From: Felis catus
Lineage: Eukaryota
Reading direction: 5' to 3'
DNA length: 60,000 nucleotides
Assembly (NCBI RefSeq): GCF_018350175.1
Contig: NC_058368.1
Span: forward strand, 187,862,001-187,922,000
In this document: in pieces, positions 27,147-40,867 of the stretch
How positions within the stretch are numbered: the first letter of the stretch is position 1
Layout: the number at the start of each line of letters is the position of its first letter
Notes under the pieces: model-generated
What the model saw: the letters and a program-made list of their open reading frames with translations, nothing else
Database searches by the model: none
Told to the model about the DNA's origin: nothing
Position numbers and translations under genes: made by a program

Positions 27147-27899
27147 CCTACCCCCTTAAAAAAAACAAACAAACACCCTTACTCATCCGAAGTGACTTTG
27201 GTAGGGGTACTGGAGAATTTCTGGCAACAAGATAAAGTGACATAGATACCCGATCTAAACAAACAAAAAACTACTTAAGCCAATCCTGACCATGTTTTGT
27301 GGTTGCTTAAAGGTATGCTAAATAACCCACTCTTTGAGCTTTGGATATAAATAGCCAGAATTTTAAATAATCGGTATGGCTTTTTTCAAAACTCTCACAT
27401 CATTTCAATCCACTAAAATAGACTATGTTGACTAAACAGGAATAGCAGATAAATCAACAAGAAATCTAACTTTTAATACCAATATAACACAAAACAAATA
27501 CAACAGTACTCTTCTCTACACTCTTGTGGTTCGAAGTTCTCAAACCGTTGGAGATACAAAATGCATTTGAACTTTCCCAGACACTTACTTTACACTTTAG
27601 GGGCCTCTCATCTTAACTGTTGGATTTCTGCCTGTGTCCATACTTTTGACAGAAAATCAGAATCCTAGGAATAAGCATTTTGAAGTCTAGAGTTTTAATC
27701 AGTGTTTCCCTGTCCCTTTGAGTCTTTATCTAGAATTCCAGAGGCCTAAAATAAACAGCTGCAGCTATTCCAGGATATATATTACTTGGTTTTTTGCTTG
27801 ATGGAGAATTTGTCAGTGTTCCTCCCATGAAAGCATTCGATCAACCTCTCCAACAAGGAATGTTAAGAGTAATCTGACTCAAGTTTTTTCCTTTAAACA

Positions 27900-27948
27900 A
27901 ACAAACAAAAACATTTATTTTGAGAGAGAGGGAGAGGGGGGGGGGGGG

Positions 27949-28007
<59 letters not shown>

Positions 28008-28674
28008 TGAACGAACACATGGGAGCAGGGGAGGGGCAGAGAGAAAGGGGGAGAGAGAATCCCAAGCAGGCTCCATGCTAAGCATAGAGCTGGACACGTG
28101 GCTCGATCCCATGACCATGAGATCATGACCTGAACCGAAATCAAGAGTCGGATGCTCAACTGACTGAGCCTCCCAGGCACTCCCAGATACTTTTCTATCT
28201 TCCCTGTGCCCTTTACATCAGGGAAATACATGGGCAGGACAAGGGAGGCAACTTTAAGCCCCTGTGCTAGTTGCTCGTTTTTTGTTTTTTTTTTTTTTAA
28301 AGATTTTATTTTTAAGTAATCTCTACATCCAAGGCGGGGTTCGAACTCACAACCCTGAGATCAAGAGTTGTAGCCCCCATGCTAGTTTCGGAACAAAAGC
28401 TACCCTATGAAACACTGCAAGTTCATGTACTTCTTAAAAAGAAATGGTCAGGGGGCAGCTGGGTGGCTCAGTTGGTTAAGTGTCCAACTCTTTATCTCGA
28501 TTCAGGTCATGATCTCATGGTTCCTGAGTTCGAGCCCCATGCTGGGTCGGGCTCCACACTGATAGTGCAGTGCCTGCTTGGCATTCTCTTTCCTTCTCTC
28601 TGCCCCATCCTTGTGTGCATATGCTCTCCCTCCCAAAATAAATAAAAACTTTTAAAAAGAAAAAAGAAAAAAAA
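27900..28674. mobile_element. SINE cluster: ~27900-28183 (-), ~28278-28372 (-, partial), ~28450-28674 (+)
   Basis: CAN-SINE heads and tails; long (GA)n in the first. Confidence 0.9.
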
Positions 28675-28691
28675 GGGTTAAAAACACATAC

Positions 28692-28804
28692 CTGTTTCAT
28701 CCTTGCAGCGGCTCTATTTGAAAACAGAATAGACCTGTCTTTCTGGAAGCAGGATGGGCACATCTGAAGGGCTTGACTGTAAGAACTCTCAGCTTCTATA
28801 TAAT
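28692..28804 (-). CDS. TTC1: TTC1 exon 4
   Basis: Acceptor cttcag, donor gtatgt; 113 nt; (D)YIEAESSYSQALQMCPSCFQKDRSILFSNRAAARMKQ. Confidence 0.98.
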
Positions 28805-29395
28805 CTGAAGATAAGGTAAAAGAGGTCATTAAGATTTTGTCCCTGCTATTATTGTATGCCATAGTATCTCAGAATGCATAGCTTTCCATTCACAAAAGTC
28901 TCAAACAGAATGTTTTGTATGTTTAACTTTCATTTGGCTTACCCATTTAGTAAGGAATGTTGAAAGGGGATTAGAGAACTGGACAGATGAAAGAGACTAA
29001 AGTTGGGATTAATGGCTTAAGATAAAAAAAAAATTCTCTGTATGTATTTTCATTAAAGATATTATGCTTTTATGGAGTCACCAGCCAAAACTGCTTCTCT
29101 GAAATGCTTGGAGACATATTTTATGGAGCTAAAAGCAACAATGTAAAAATCAGTGGTTGACTAAAGACCTAAAGAGAAAATGGTGATAAATTTATTTATT
29201 CACTGCTATGCACAGAATTACATGGTCAGGGCACTAAAAGAAAACTGCCTGTTCACTCCTTTCTCAGGTTGGAAATATTTAACACTAAAATACAAAGAGA
29301 TATGCTTTCAAAATTAGAAACATTAGTTCTCTTAGAAAAAAAAAAGTGATGACTAAACAGAAAGAAAAAAAATTAACTTTAAAAATAACTAGAGA

Positions 29396-29620
29396 GGGGG
29401 CGCCTGGGTGGCGCAGTCGGTTAAGCGTCCGACTTCAGCCAGGTCACGATCTCGCAGTCCGTGAGTTCGAGCCCCGCATCAGGCTCTGGGCTGATGGCTC
29501 AGAGCCTGGAGCCTGTTTCCAATTCTGTGTCTCCCTCTCTCTCTGCCCCTCCCCTGTTCATGCTCTGTCTCTCTCTGTCCCAAAAATAAATAAACGTTGA
29601 AAAAAAAAATTAAAAAAAAA
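29396..29620 (+). mobile_element. Young feline SINE (SINEC_Fc-type)
   Basis: Fc-type head; TSD aaaaataactagagagg (29381-29397, 29619-29635). Confidence 0.95.
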
Positions 29621-30258
29621 AAATAACTAGAGAGGAAAATGTTACTACTCCTAGTTTTCTAAAGCATACACATTTTACATATGTGATAGAATACTACTGT
29701 AAGATCACATAGTTCCCCCAAAATATCCGAATGAACCCAAGTTATTCCTAAGCAAATGTAAAAAATGCAGAAGGAAATGGAGAACATCTCTCTACTTAAG
29801 GCAGCCAAAGAAAAGGGCACATGAAAGACCAGCCAAAGTACAAGCAAAATACTTCCCTAGGCCACACTGGAACCACGGGGCCAGTTTTTACAGCATCATT
29901 ACAATTGAGGAACAGGGATCCTGTTTTTACATTAATGAAGGCAGCAGCCTTTTAACTTTGCAGGATAGTTTTCCAATGCATCACTTGAAGAGTCTGCCCT
30001 CCTAACTTTTAGATCTACAGTGGATTACAGAAAAGAAAAAGTATGCCTGTGCCAAGAGACATGTGGTAATTGATCACCATCAGGTGAGAATGATCTGGGC
30101 CTGGTGAAAAACAAAATTTCAAGGTGCTGGGAAGCAACACTGTATTGTTAGTAGTTTAGGTCTGCTAGTTGTTCCCAAATGTTCTCTGGTGTTTCTTCAC
30201 ACTCTAAAACAGAATGAGGACGCAAATGATTAGACATCGGTGCCTTACCTCCTTTCTT

Positions 30259-30451
30259 TCTTTTTTTTTTTTTAAATGTTTATTATTTATTTTGAAAAGG
30301 AGAAAGAGGGAGGGGGTTGAGAAAATCCGAAGGAAGCTCTGTGCTGTCAGTGCAGAGCCCAACACAGGGCTCAATCCCATGAACTGTGAGATCACGATCT
30401 GAACCAAAACCAAGAGTCAGATGCTTAACCGACTGAGCCACCCAGGCACCC
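30259..30451 (-). mobile_element. CAN-SINE inserted at the exon 3 donor
   Basis: Perfect 16-bp TSD ccttacctcctttctt at 30243-30258 and 30454-30469. Confidence 0.95.
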
Positions 30452-30459
30452 GACCTTAC

Positions 30460-30520
30460 CTCCTTTCTTAAACTGCGCGTTCCCCTCCTCCTTTAGTCTA
30501 GTGCTCTCTTCTCTTCTCTT
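30460..30520 (-). CDS. TTC1: TTC1 exon 3 (start of first TPR)
   Basis: Acceptor ttgcag, donor gtaagg; 61 nt; KRREESTRLKEEGNAQFKKG(D); not in the ORF track. Confidence 0.97.
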
Positions 30521-31410
30521 CTGCAAGAGATCAATTACATCATTTCTCACAATGTTGTAAGTGAGCAAAAAGGTTAGTTTTCATTAGGCTTTTAACAGGA
30601 AGTAACTGATTTTGTTTTTTCAGCTTGACTTTTGAGAACTGGGTCAGTTTTATCTAAATCTCAAACAGATACAGAGAAACACCTGACCATCTGGCAAATC
30701 ATCAATTGCATTCTTGATGTTTAAAACACAAAACCTGGGTTTCTGGTGTTTAAATATTTTGCATGGAATAGTAATTTAGGTATCATTTAATTTCTCTTTA
30801 CTCAAAATAAAACTAAACAACATACCCACTGGCATGCACACCTCTGCAAATTCAAATTCTGAATCTGCTACTTGTTAAATGTATTTTGGACAAGTTCCCG
30901 ATCCTTCTAAGCCTTAGTTTCTTCCTCTAAAAAATGAGGCTTTATAGTTGTACGGATTAAAGTGATAAGGTGCATAAAGCACCCAATACACTGCCTGGTA
31001 AATAAGGGCACAATACGAGCTATTACTTTTCTGTAAAATAAGTTATTTAATATATACTGAACTACAAGTGTGGTTTACATAATAAAGATGACCTACAGAA
31101 TGCTGGTAGAGTGTGTTACAGGGAACAAACCCCATCTGTAGGGTCAGGGCAATACTCTGTTAACAGGATAACACAAGGAAGTCTGAAGAAACTGAGATAA
31201 ATAAATCTTTAGTTCCTGAGCTGCTTCTAACAACTCAGAAATTCACACAGATGGCCAAGCACCCATCATACTCAAAGGCAGAGTGAATGTTATTCTGCAA
31301 AGATGCACATGCTATCCCCATGTGGTTTGCTTCCAGACCTAAACATCTTAGCAATACGGTCGGCACAAGCAGAGTTGGCAGAAGTGCCTGCCTGCCACCT
31401 TCTGAAAGAG

Positions 31411-31412
<2 letters not shown>

Positions 31413-31446
<34 letters not shown>

Positions 31447-32656
31447 CACACATGCAAGTGAGGGAGAGGGGCAGAGGGAGAGAGAGAAAGAACCTTAAGC
31501 AGGCTCTCTGCTCAGCACAAAGCCTGACACAGAGCTTGAACCCATGACTCTAGGATCATGACGAGAGCTCCCGACTAAATAAAAACTTCAAAGGGAGGAA
31601 ATACAGTTAGCAGCTTATTTCATGCACAGGAAAAGCATGGAGCCTAAACAACTAGGACTCTTCAGATTAGGAACCAAAGAGGGGCGCCTGGCTGGCTCAG
31701 TCAGTTAAGCGTCTAGCTCTGTATTTCGTCGCAGGTCATGATCTCACGGTTCATGAGATGGAGCCACGTGTTGGGCTGTGTGCTGCAGCGTGAAGCCTGC
31801 TTGGGATACCCATTCTCTCTCATTCCCCCCCGGCCCTCACAATAAATACATACATACATACATACATACATACATACATACTGCTTTAAAAAATGTATAT
31901 ATAAAAAAAGATTAGGAACCAAAGTAAAAATATGTCTATAGATTTGTAAATACACTGTTGAGACCAGGGTGCTTCCCAAATGCATTATTATACTCTAGAT
32001 GATGAAGCTCAGTAAAGAAACTAAAAGGTGAGTATAAAATCAATCTCATTTTTATGGTATCTACTATGTGTCAGATATACGACAGACACAATAATTCATT
32101 CTAAAATATAACATATCTGGAACAGGGCTATTCTAAGGGAATACAAGAAAATAATATGGGTGATGGTGATGGGAATCAAAATATAAGAATATGGTCACAC
32201 TTTGTTACCTAGTATTACCTAGGAGAGAGGTCGTAATGTTCTCTATGGTATCACAATTTATGGATGCAAGCAAAAAAGACTATCTTAGGTAAAAAAAAAT
32301 TTTAATGTTTCTATTTATTTTTGAGAGAGAGACAGAGCATGAGCAGGGGGCAGGGGTAGAGAGAGGGGGTGACACAGAATCTGAAGTGGGCTCCAGGTTC
32401 TGAGCTGTCAGCACAGAGCCTGATGCGGGGCTCGAACTCACAGAATGTGAGATCATGACCTGAGCTGAAGTCGGACGCTCAACCAACTAAGCCACCCAGG
32501 CGCCCCAGGTAAAAAAATTTTAAAGAGGGAAGATTCACTGGAAAGATACTGGTACTCACAGAATCACTGGGAGGCCTAAAAACACAGGCTTAGAAAATGG
32601 GCACGATTCAAGGCAGCTCTGTTAAGTCAAGAAGCAAGAATGCATTAACTGCCTTT

Positions 32657-32711
<55 letters not shown>

Positions 32712-32886
32712 TTTTCCGGGGGGGGGGGGGGGGGGGGGAGCACAGAGCGAGAGTGAGAGAAAGAATCCCAAGCAGGCTCCACATCATCAGCACAGGGCCT
32801 GATGTGGGCCTGAACCCACGAACCACAAGACCATGACCCGAGCCAAAAGCAAGAGCCAGACGCTTAACTGTCTGAGCCACCCAGGC
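31413..32886. mobile_element. Four CAN-SINEs (~31413-31563 -, ~31681-31880 +, ~32290-32506 -, ~32654-32886 -)
   Basis: Typical structure; e.g. TSD agattaggaaccaaag; (TACA)n and (TTTA)n tails. Confidence 0.88.
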
Positions 32887-33164
32887 TCAGTTAGGCTTCC
32901 CTAACTGTCTTTTAGTGGAAGGGCTGTAATAGGAGCAAATAAATCCTAACTATTTCCTTTTCTTTGCCTCAATCGAAATTCAAAGTCTTGCTTAGGAGCA
33001 TCCAATAAGCCAAGCATAGCTCACATGCCTTGGCTGTCAGAGAATGGAATGAGGAACACGGGGTAAGACCCCTGAACAAGACTACAATGCAGAAGAATTC
33101 TTCCAGCTAGGAAGGGGAGTTGGATGCTGGAAGCAAAGAAAACTCCATAACAAGTTCGGCTAAA

Positions 33165-33920
33165 AGTCTTTTCAAGAAGACATACAGATGGCCAACAGGC
33201 ACATAAAAGATGCTCAACATTACTAATCATCAGGGAAATGTAAATCAAAACGAGACATCATCTTACACCTGCTAGAATGGCTAAAATCAAAAAGATAAGA
33301 AATAACATGTGAAGAAAAGGAACCCTTGTACACTGTTGGTGGGAATGTAAACTGGTACAGCCAGTGTGGAGGTTTTCAAAAAACAGCCATGATATGGAAG
33401 CAACCTAAATGAATAGATAAGGAAGATATGTTATATATACACAGTGGAATATTATGCAGCCATAAAAAGGATGAAATAGTGCCATTTGAGACAATATGGA
33501 TGGACCTAGCAGGTATTATGCTAAGTGGTATAAGTCAGACAGAGGAAGACAAATACCATATGATTTCAGTCATAAGTGGAACTTAAACAAAAACAAATGA
33601 ATCAACAAACAAAAAGCAGAATCAGACCTATAAATACAGAGAACTGGCAGCTACCAGTGAGGAGGGGTGTAGGGGGTTGGGCAAAACAGGTCAAGGGCAG
33701 AGGGAAATACAGGCTTCCAGTTATGGAATGAATAAGTCACAGGATTAAAAGGCACAGCATAAGGAACATAGTCAATGATATTATAATAGCAATATATGGA
33801 GACAGATGGTAGCTATAATTGTGGTGAACATAGATAGCATAATGTATAAACTTGGTGGATCACTATGTTGTACACCTGAAACTAATGTAACATAGTGTGT
33901 CAACTGTACTCAAAAAAAGT
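33165..33920 (+). mobile_element. L1 3' fragment (ORF2 end plus 3' UTR)
   Basis: gaagacatacagatggccaac...cactgttggtgggaatgtaaa...gtacacctgaaactaat...tgtcaactgtactcaaaaaa. Confidence 0.88.
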
Positions 33921-33929
33921 TATTTCAAC

Positions 33930-36185
33930 CCTGAAGAGCCAAAGCAACCCTGACAAAGAAGAACAAAGCTGGAGGCATCATGGTCCGATTTCAAGCTATA
34001 TTACAAAGCTATACTAATTAAAATAGTATGGTATTAGCATAAAAACTGACGCATAGATCAATGGAAAACAGAGGCAAGAAATAAATGCATGCATATGCAG
34101 TCAATTAATTTATGACAAAAGAGCCAAGAATATACAATGGGGAAAGGACAGTCTCTTCGATAGATGGTGTTGGGAAAACTGGACAGCCACATTGTGAAAG
34201 AATGAAACTGGACCACTGTCTCACAGTCTACACAAAAATTAACTCACAATGGATTAAGACTTTAATGTAACACCTGAAACCATAAAAAATTTCTAGAAGA
34301 GCATACAGGCAGTAAGTTCCTTGACATAGATCTTGCTGATGATTTTCTGAATCTGACACCAAAAGCAAAGGCAAAAAAGGCAAAAATAAACAAGTGGGGC
34401 TATATCAAACTGAAAAATCTTCTGCTCAGCAAAGGAAACCATGAACAAAATGAAAAGGCAACCTACTGAATGGGAGAAAATGTTGGCAAATCATATATCT
34501 AATAAAGGGTTAATATCCAAACTATATAAACAACTCATACAACTTAATAGCAAAAAAACCCATCAGATTAAAAAATGGGCAGAAGATGTGAACAGACTTT
34601 TTTCCAAAGACATACAGATGGCCAATAAGTACATGAAAAGATGTTCAACATCATTAATCATCAGGGAAATGCAAATAAAAACCACAAAGAAATAACACAC
34701 TTGCTAGAATGGTTATTACTTAAAAAACAAAAACAAAAACAAAAACAAGAAACAAATGTTAAGGATGTGGAGAAAAGAACCCTTATGCACTGTTGGTGGG
34801 AATGTAAATTGGCACAATCACTATGGAAAATTGTATGGAGTTTCCTTAAAAAAATAAAAATGGAATTACCATATGACCCAGGAATTACCATAGGACCCAT
34901 ATTCCACTTCGGGGTATTTAGCCAAAGAAAATGAAAGCACTAACTTGAAGAGATACATGCACCCTTATGCTCACTGCAGCATTACTTACAATAGCCAAGA
35001 TACAGAAACCTAAGTGTCAGTCAATGGATGAAGGGATAAATTGTGGATTGGGCCTCATTCCAGCCTCCTTCTAGCTACCACCTTGCACCCCCACGTATGA
35101 CCACCTTAGCTCAGCTGCTCTGCCCAAGACTCCCTGAGCGCTAACCCTAGTCCCCTGCTCGGTTCCATTTCTGCCCCCAAAAGATGAAAGAAACTATCAC
35201 GAACCAGGGTAAACTTGCCAAACTGCAAGCAGAGTGTGCAGCTCACTGAAAGAAGGGGGATCACGGAATGGCGACATGATAAAAAACTTCAGTTCTCCTT
35301 AAAGAAGTTGGGGGTAAACATTATCTCTGGTATTGAAGAAGCGAATACATTCACAAACCGAGGTATAGTGATCCACTTTAACAACCCTAAAGTCCAGCCA
35401 TTCTTGGCAGTGAACACTTTTCAACATCACAGGGCATGCTGAGACAAAGGAGCTGACAGAAATGCTCCCCAGGATCTTAAACCAGCGCGGTGCAGATGGT
35501 CTGACTAGTTTAAGAAGAGACGGGCTAAAGCTTTGCCCGCACGATCTGCGGATGGAGAAGAACCACTAGCTACCAGAGAGGAGGAGGAGGATGAAGTTCC
35601 AGATCCTGTGGAAAGTTTTTGATGAAGCTTCCAAGAATGAAGCGAACTGAACTGAGTCAGCTTCTGGAGAAGATAAAACTTGAAGAAGTTACTGGGAGCT
35701 GCTATTTTATGACTGCTTTTTAAAATTCTGTTCATGGATCTCTAATATTTTTAAGCCCAAGCCTCTGGGACAATGCAGCTCTTTTTAGTTTTTGCTTATA
35801 TGCAATTCATTCTTTGCAGTGAATTAAGCTGAAGAAGCCTGGGGATAAAGTTTGAAACAAGGTTAATAAAGTTCTTTGCCTAGTAAAAACAAAACAAACA
35901 AAAAAACAAGAAGAAAAAGAAATTGTGATGTATATATACACACAACTGAATATTATTCAGCCATAAAAAGATGGAATCTTGCCATTTGCAATAACATAAA
36001 TTGATCTCGAGGGCATTACCCTAAATGAAGGAAAAGATAAATATGATTTTTCTTATATGTGGAACCTAAACAATAAAACACAAAAAAATCCCAAGCTCAT
36101 AGAAACAGAGAATAGATTGGCAATTGCCAGAGGTGGGGTTAGGGGGTGGGAGACATGAGTGAAGGGGGTATGAAAAAAAGATTAT
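33930..36185 (+). mobile_element. Degraded L1 3' portion split by a BTF3 retrocopy
   Basis: ORF2 remnants ([17 protein letters not shown]) up to ~35045, resuming at ~35920. Confidence 0.9.
35050..35920 (+). pseudogene. BTF3: BTF3 (NAC-beta) processed pseudogene, short-isoform type
   Basis: Intronless; ATG 35184 [55 protein letters not shown] (TGA 35648-35650); premature TGA 35247-35249 and frameshifts; AATAAA 35865-35870, decayed poly(A), short TSD aaattgtg. Confidence 0.95.
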
Positions 36186-37476
36186 AAAACAATTTTAATT
36201 AAGGTAAAATTACAGCCCTATAAATAATAGCAAATTCATGGTCGGTTTTTAATTCATACACACAAAATGCATAATTGGCCAATTAGGTTCTAACGGTGAA
36301 AAGTTTGACATTAGAATACATATTAATGTAAGGTAGCATATTAATAAGTTAAAAGAGAAAATTACATAATCATATGAATAAATGCATCACAGGTCCTAAA
36401 GGTCTTTAATATATTTTAAAAGGCTATTGCAAAAACAAAAATTCTTTAGAGAAGAACAACTCATCAAGTTACTAGAGTTTAATATCCATTCTGAACTTTC
36501 AGTCTCTGTTTTAACTCTAATTTCAAGCTACTTTGTAAGCTATAATCTGTTCTCCATTGCAAACTCATCAGGAATGTTTTATGAACACAGATGAATCACT
36601 CAGACTGCCAGATCAGACTCGTGTGGGGTGTTGTGTGTGTGCGTGTGTGTGCACTCGCACGCGTGCGTATGTTAAGAGTTTAATCACTCTTTGGTAAATT
36701 TAGAACACTGACTGACATACCAGTAGGCAAAACTTAGATCCAAGGTATACCAGAAGGAAATAATGATGATGGCCAGCCTGAGCAGGCAGTCTGGGAAAAG
36801 CTCACAGTGTCTTTTTTCAAACTATATTTTTTTACTTGAGTGTAGCTAACACACAATGTTACATTAAGTTTCAGGTGTACAACATAGTGATTCCACAAGT
36901 TTAAACATTATGCTATGCTCAGTGTCTCTGTAACCAGGACTAAAGGTTGAACTGGCAGAGGGAAGAGATCCAGATCATATTTCTGAAGCCAATTATTCAA
37001 AGGAAGGCATTTTATTTTTTCAGCTGACAAATCACAACTCAGTGACCCATTAAGTAGTAAACACTGGAAAAGAGCTGCTGTTTCCACAGATTGTGTAAAT
37101 TGAGGATTAATGCAATTATCACTATCATGCTGAATATCTCCTTGGAAACAGCTAAAAATAGTACATTTAGGAGAAAGCTGCACTACTCCCAGCTGTGCCA
37201 AGGGACTATCTTGATCCCAGTACAAAGACTAGGGTTTATGCTGCTGCCAGAACATTCTCTTTCTCCAAAAGACGGCACGCATACTGTGTAATATTACTGG
37301 AATCCAAGCACAGATTGTATCATGAGTCTTATTTAGCATGCTAAATGCCAAGAACATACACACATAAATGAGCTGGTGGTGTTGACATTCAGCAGCATTA
37401 TCAGGTTCAAATTGTTCCAGGTTCTGGTATAACGTATAATGTGGTTAGGAGCCCTGTCATATGTCTCTACAATGTC

Positions 37477-37766
37477 CTTTTTTTTTTTTTTTTTTTTTTT
37501 TGAGAGAGAGACAGCGAGACAGACAGCGAGACAGACAGAATCCAAAGCAGGTTCCCGGCTCTGAACTATCAGTGCAGAGCCCAAAGCGGAGGGGATCGAA
37601 CTCACAAAATGTGAGATCACCACCTAACTGAAGTTGGACGCTTAACTAACCGAACCACCCAGGGGTCCCTTAAAGTAAACTTTATATCCAATGTGGGGCT
37701 TACATTCATGACCCCAGAGACCAAGAGTTGCATACTCTACTGACTGAGCCAGCCAGGTAGGTGCCC
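37477..37766 (-). mobile_element. CAN-SINE plus adjacent short SINE
   Basis: Poly(T) and SINE body to ~37669, second short element to ~37766. Confidence 0.85.
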
Positions 37767-40645
37767 TTCCACAAGGTCTTTTAACACATTCCAGAGGCTT
37801 CACAGAGAAATATCTGCTCTAGAATTTTATTTCCATAACAATGCAAAGAAATTTTACAGAGCTCTTTACTCAGTACTCCTCCCCATCATGGAAAACTCAG
37901 GAAGAAACAGTGACATTATTCTGCATTGTAAATCATCAAAGGAGCTGTCAAGGAAAACCCCAAAGAGATAATGCTCGTGATGAATGGAGTTTATTTCAGC
38001 AGTTATTACCCCAACTGCAAACTTTTCAGACTGGTGTTCAAAATTTAATATAACTTGTATCAGGATATAGCACGTTACTTCTTAAAATCTGTAGTCACAT
38101 ACATTAGCTCATTTGCTTTTTGCAGGGCAATTCTCAGATGTGAGCATGAAAGTATTAAATGACCCATTTTACAGGTAAGAAAATCAAGATCAGATATCTC
38201 TTGGTTTTCTATTTTTTTTAAACTACATCAAACTTGTATTCCCATCTACTCCACCTTACCTCTCATTACCACCCAACACAAGTCCTTCCTTTAGACAGTC
38301 TGATCTCTTCACTGTCTCTCAACACCTACCACGCTTATCTTTTATCCTTCATTCCATTCCTTTGTATATGCATCCCCACCTTGGAATGCACTTGTTTCTC
38401 TTCCGTATTTTCTTCCCAACTGTTTTCCCAAAAACAAAATTTTCCGGGTTTTCAAAGTCACACAAACCGTATGTCCTCCCCAGAGCCACCTTTCACTTCC
38501 TTCCCTGTGTGACCTTTCTGTGACTGCACTGTACCTTGTCACCTCTAATTTGGTATATATTACATAACTATATAATTATAACTATATAATACATATGTGT
38601 ACAAACACTGCAGAATGTTTGGAATGTTACTTAATGCTTCAATGGGTAATACAACATTGTGCAGCCTTCAGACCAAGGCAAGAGGGGCCCCTGTCCAGGC
38701 CCTTGGCTGATTGCACCTTTCCTCCCAAGGGGCTCCAGGATTTAGACCAGGCTCCTAAATCTCCCAGCTCACTTCCAGGGGTTCCTATGGGTGGACTTCG
38801 CTGCCAGTGCATACCGTGTTCCAGATATGATACTTTGTACTACGCCTGCTCCAGCCTTGGAATCAGCCATTTTTCCAAGGAGTCCTGGATCCTTTTGATG
38901 GGGAATGGTATTTAGAAACCAAGATCTGGATGCTAGTACGTTCCCTGTTACTAGCAAGTCATTGTTTTTAGGTCCTCTCAGTAAGAAATCCAGGAGATAC
39001 AACTTTAAAAAATAAAAAAACAAAAATGCCACAAGTCAAAGAATACATAAACATGAAATCTTGTATGCAGTCAGACAAGTGAACACCACCAGATTCTTCC
39101 TCACTTTCTCCCACACTGAAAACTCTGGTTCCCAGTAACAGCAATATACTCATTTGCTCTATCCTAAAATTAACAGAAAAGTTCTGAAGTTACTATATGA
39201 ATATCAGTACCTATGATGAACCTACTATGTAAAGTTCAAGATTTCATTGTAGTTCTTTAAAACAATTTTTTAAATTAATTTTTTATCTTAGAGGAGAAAG
39301 AAAGAGCACGTGCACAAGCAGGGAAGGGGCAGAGAGGGAGAGAGAGAATCCCAAACAGGCTCCGAGCTCAGCGCAGAGCCTGACACAGGGCTCGATCTCA
39401 CAACCACGAAAGAAATCAAGACTTGCATGCTGAACCTACTGAGCCACCCAGGCACCCCTCATTGCAGTTCTTTGTAACTTTAAAATATATCCTACTAAGG
39501 GTAAACAGCCAGAGTACTGTGCTTGAAGTTACTGGAATTATCTTTTCTATGTGATCAATTTGATCACATTAATTTCATTCTATTTGTAATCCATTTTAAG
39601 GCTTAATTTTTTCCTCATCCTTTCTGGTTTAATTTTAATGTATAAATATTTGAACAGATCAAAACTCAATACTGGATGGGACTTCTGATGTGGCAAACGT
39701 AAAAAATAACTATAAATTGGATAAAATGATTAACACCAGCAGTTTCAGTGTCCTAAAAATTGACTAAAAGCTTACAGCAAAGTGAGTAACACTCGTGAAA
39801 AACTACTGAACTTCAGAAAACAGCCGTGAAATCTGTGGCTTCCTTGCAAGGACCTGCTCCCCTTCTTCCTCCCATCATTTGACACCGTAGTTCTAATAGA
39901 GCAAGGAAGGCCATGAAGAACCAGCAGCACCACTGCTTGAGGAGTCTGAGCTGATTCAAACCGGAGGTGAAATAATCCATGCCCAGTGGTACTGTCAGAA
40001 ATAAGCAGCAATCTGAGTGGTAAGCAAACAGGGAAAGTCAGGGGTCCTACTAATCTGGGCAAATAAGGGACCCATGGACCAAGCAGAAATGTAACAGGGA
40101 GACAGAAGAGGCAGTCACAGAGGTACCTGATAAGCTCTCCCTGTAGCCCTAATGGACTGGAGATGGTGCGCAAGCCTGGTAGCAATGAAGAGGACCAAAG
40201 CTATTCATGCACGCTTGTCCTATCAGGAACCTGTGCACCTATGCTGAGGAGACACAAGAGGGTCCAGCTGGGCTGACCTGAAAATTCCCTAAAATTGTAA
40301 TACACTTCTAAATCCACACACAGATCAGTAGGTGGAAGCCTTGTTGGTTTGAGCTGTTTGAACATAATCTCTGACCAGTTACCGGCTGACCACTAAGCTG
40401 TACAGAAACAAGAGCAACCCCAAGAAAGCCATACTTCAAAATATCAGCAAGAAAAGGACAAAAACAAAACGCAGCTGAGCTGTCAGTGGCCACACAGACA
40501 CCAGGAGAAATGGACTGTACAGCTTGAGACTAGGTAAAAAGCAACAGTTGCAAAAAAGCAACAGGAAAAATAATGCAAGCAGGGAAGGTGGTGGTAGAGG
40601 ACAGAATCCAGAGCTGTTACATCCCTACTTAAAACGTCCAGTTTT

Positions 40646-40867
40646 GGGGCGCCTGGGTGGCGCAGTCAGTTAAGCGTCCGACTTCAGCCAGGTCACGATC
40701 TCATGGTCCGTGAGTTCGAGCCCCGCGTCGGGCTCTGGGCTGATGGCTGGGAGCCTGGAGCCTGTTTCCGATTCTGTGTCTCCCTCTCTCTCTGCCCCTC
40801 CCCCGTTCATGCTCTGTCTCTCTCTGTCCCAAAAATAAATAAATGTTGAAAAAAAATTAAAAAAAAA
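40646..40867 (+). mobile_element. Young feline SINE (SINEC_Fc-type)
   Basis: Perfect TSD aaaacgtccagtttt (40631-40645, 40868-40882). Confidence 0.95.

Noticed and set aside
30476..30478. GNAQF in the first TPR where I recall GNEQF in human TTC1
   Set aside because: Variable TPR position; the neighbouring clamp Lys and Asn are intact, and the comparison is from memory.
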